Part shown: one piece after another, positions 61,311-64,000 of the stretch
How positions within the stretch are numbered: position 1 is the stretch's first letter
Layout: each line of letters begins with the position of its first letter
NCBI GenBank assembly: GCA_964016885.1
Contig: OZ024740.1
Span: forward strand, 418,004,001-418,068,000
Direction: 5' to 3'
DNA length: 64,000 bases
DNA from: Eledone cirrhosa
Taxonomy: Eukaryota
The notes under the pieces: model-generated
Seen by the model: only the letters and a program-made list of their open reading frames with translations
The model's database searches: none
Told to the model about the DNA's origin: nothing
Translations under genes and position numbers: made by a program

Positions 61311-61608
61311 GATATATATACACTCATACATACACACGTATATATCCTTCCTTACTGTTTAATTATAGGTGTAAAAAAATCTACCTCCATAGACTAAAAG
61401 TGTAAGGAAAGTGAACTGGCGCCCTGCATAAAACTAAAAAGAAGTGATATTAAAAATAAAATAATGTGGATTTTATTACAAAATAAACTAAAACCATTTA
61501 AACAATAATAAAAATGGTTGAAATTGAAGAAAAATATAGAAAACTAACTTTTTTGTTTTCTTTAAAACATTTCAAATTCATTGAGAATTTAAGGACGGGA
61601 AAGAATTA

Positions 61609-64000
61609 TTTTGGTATGTAGTCTACATGAGAGACAGAGGATAGTAAAGGCCTGACAGATTGTCCACTTCAATGACATCTGCCATAGTGAAACTGACATC
61701 TTTTGGTATGTAGTCTACATGAGAGACAGAGGATAGCATAGGCCAGACTGACTGTCCACTTCAATGACATCTGCCATAGTGAAACTGACATCCTTTGGTA
61801 TGTAGTCTACATGAGAGGCAGAAGATAGTAAAGGCCTGACAGACTGTCCACTTCAATGACATCTGCCATAGTGAAACTGACATCTTTTGGTATGTAGTCT
61901 ACATGAAAGACAGAGGATAGCATAGGCCTGACAGACTGTCCACTTCAATCACATCTGCCATAGTGAAACTGACATCTTTTGGTATGTAGTCTACATGAGA
62001 GACAGAGGATAATATAGGCCTGACAGACTGTCCACTTCAATGACATCTGCCATAGTGAAACTGACATCCTTTGGTATGTAGTCTACATGAGAGACAGAGG
62101 ATAGCATAGGCCTGACAGACTGTCAACTTCAATGACATCTGCCATAGTGAAACTGACATCTTTTGGTATGTAGTCTACATGAAAGACAGAGGATAGTAAA
62201 AGCCTGACAGACTGTCCACTTCAATGACATCTGCCATAGTGAAACTGACATCTTTTGGTATGTAGTCTACATGAGAGACAGAGGATAGTATAGGCCTGAC
62301 AGACTGTCCACTTCAATGACATCTGCCATAGTGAAACTGACATCTTTTGGTATGTAGTCTACATGAGAGACAGAGGATAGCATAGGCCTGACAGACTGTC
62401 CACTTCAATGACATCTGCCATAGTGAAACTGACATGTTTTGGTATGTAGTCTACATGTGAGACAGAGGATAGTATAGGCCTGATAGATTTTCCACTTCAA
62501 TGACATCTGCCATAGTGAAATTGACATCTTTTGGTATGTAGTCTACATGAAAGACAGAGGATAGTAAAGGCCTGACAGACTGTGAACTTTAATGACATCT
62601 GCCATAGTGAAACTGACATCTTTTGGTATGTAGTCTACATGAAAGACAGAGGATAGTAAAAGCCTGACAGACTGTCCACTTCAATGACATCTGCCATAGT
62701 GAAACTGACATCTTTTGGTATGTAGTCTACATGAGACACAGAGGATAGTATTGTCCTGGCAGAGTGTCCATTTCAATGACATCTGCCATAGTGAAACTGA
62801 CATCTTTTGGTATGTAGTCTACATGAAAGACAGAGGATAGCATAGGCCTGACAGACTGTCCACTTCAATGACATCTGCCATAGTGAAACTGACATCTTTT
62901 GGTATGTAGTCTACATGAGAGACAGAGGATAGTATAGGCCTGACAGACTGTCCACTTCAATGACATCTGCCATAGTGAAACTGACATCTTTTGGTATGTA
63001 GTCTACATGAGAGACAGAGGATAGCATAGGCCTGACAGACTGTCCACTTCAATGACATCTGCCATAGTGAAACTGACATCTTTTGGTATGTAGTCTACAT
63101 GTGAGACAGAGGATAGTATAGGCCTGATAGATTTTCCACTTCAATGACATCTGCCATAGTGAAATTGACATCTTTTGGTATGTAGTCTACATGAAAGACA
63201 GAAGATAGTAAAGGCCTGACAGACTGTGAACTTTAATGACATCCCGCCATAGTGAAACTGACATCTTTTGGTATGTAGTCTACATGAAAGACAGAGGATA
63301 GTAAAAGCCTGACAGACTGTCCACTTCAATGACATCTGCCATAGTGAAACTGACATCTTTTGGTATGTAGTCTACATGAGACACAGAGGATAGTAATGTC
63401 CTGGCAGACTGTCCATTTCAATGACATCTGCCATAGTGAAACTGACATCTTTTGGTATGTAGTCTACATGAGAGACAGAGGATAGTAAAGGCCTGACAGA
63501 CTGTCCATTTCAATGACATCTGCCAAAGTGAAACTGACATCTTTTGGTATGTAGTTTACATGAGAGACAGAGGATAGTAAAGGCCTGACAGATTGTCCAT
63601 TTCAATGACATCTGCCATAGTGAAACTGACATCTTTTGGTGTGTAGTTTACATGAGAGACAGAGGATAGTAAAGGGCTGACAGACTGTGAACTTCAATGA
63701 CATCTGCCATAGTGAAACTGACATATTTTGGTATGTAGTCTACATGAAAGACAGAGCATAGTAAAGGCCTGACAGACTGTTCACTTCAATGACATCTGCC
63801 ATAGTGAAACTGACATCTTTTGGTATGTAGTCTACATGAGAGACAGAGGATAGTAAAGGCCTGACAGACTGTCCACTTCAATGACATCTGCCATAGTGAA
63901 ACTGACATCTTTTGGTATGTAGTTTACATGAGAGACAGAGGATAGTAAAGGCCTGACAGATTGTCCACGTCAATGACATCTACCATAGTGAAACAGACAT
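61609..64000. repeat. 92-bp satellite, at least 26 copies, runs off the window
   Basis: Unit TTTTGGTATGTAGTCTACATGAGAGACAGAGGATAGTAAAGGCCTGACAGACTGTCCACTTCAATGACATCTGCCATAGTGAAACTGACATC; starts at 61609 and 61701. Confidence 0.97.

Noticed and set aside
61609-64000. CRISPR array or ribozyme-containing satellite
   Set aside because: No spacers, and no CUGANGA..GAAA core on either strand of the unit

Overview
Repeat-saturated animal genomic DNA, most likely an octopod cephalopod (inferred from the SINE families, abundant (TA)n/(CA)n/(GA)n microsatellites and the transposon mix). No intact protein-coding gene can be supported; the long ORFs in the track are translations of tandem repeats. More than half of the window is five tandem arrays: a 16-bp G-rich satellite (1083-15591), a 15-bp minisatellite, a 5.1-kb GTT/GCT/ACT trinucleotide array, a 58-bp satellite (43904-54663) and a 92-bp satellite (61609 to window end). 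The rest holds tRNA-derived SINEs, decayed mariner, hAT and Helitron-like elements, R4/Dong and CRE-like non-LTR remnants, and a 5'-truncated tRNA-Glu(TTC). The most interesting signal is a dispersed set of about ten type I hammerhead ribozyme motifs (intact or decayed) in several unrelated Penelope-like element (PLE) 3' ends. Most lie next to (TA)n tracts and many lie within large inverted repeats. Three unrelated copies share a C.C mismatch at the 4th position of helix II, several close helix II with U.U, and one family repeatedly folds back at helix II. All structures were read by eye and none is experimentally tested.
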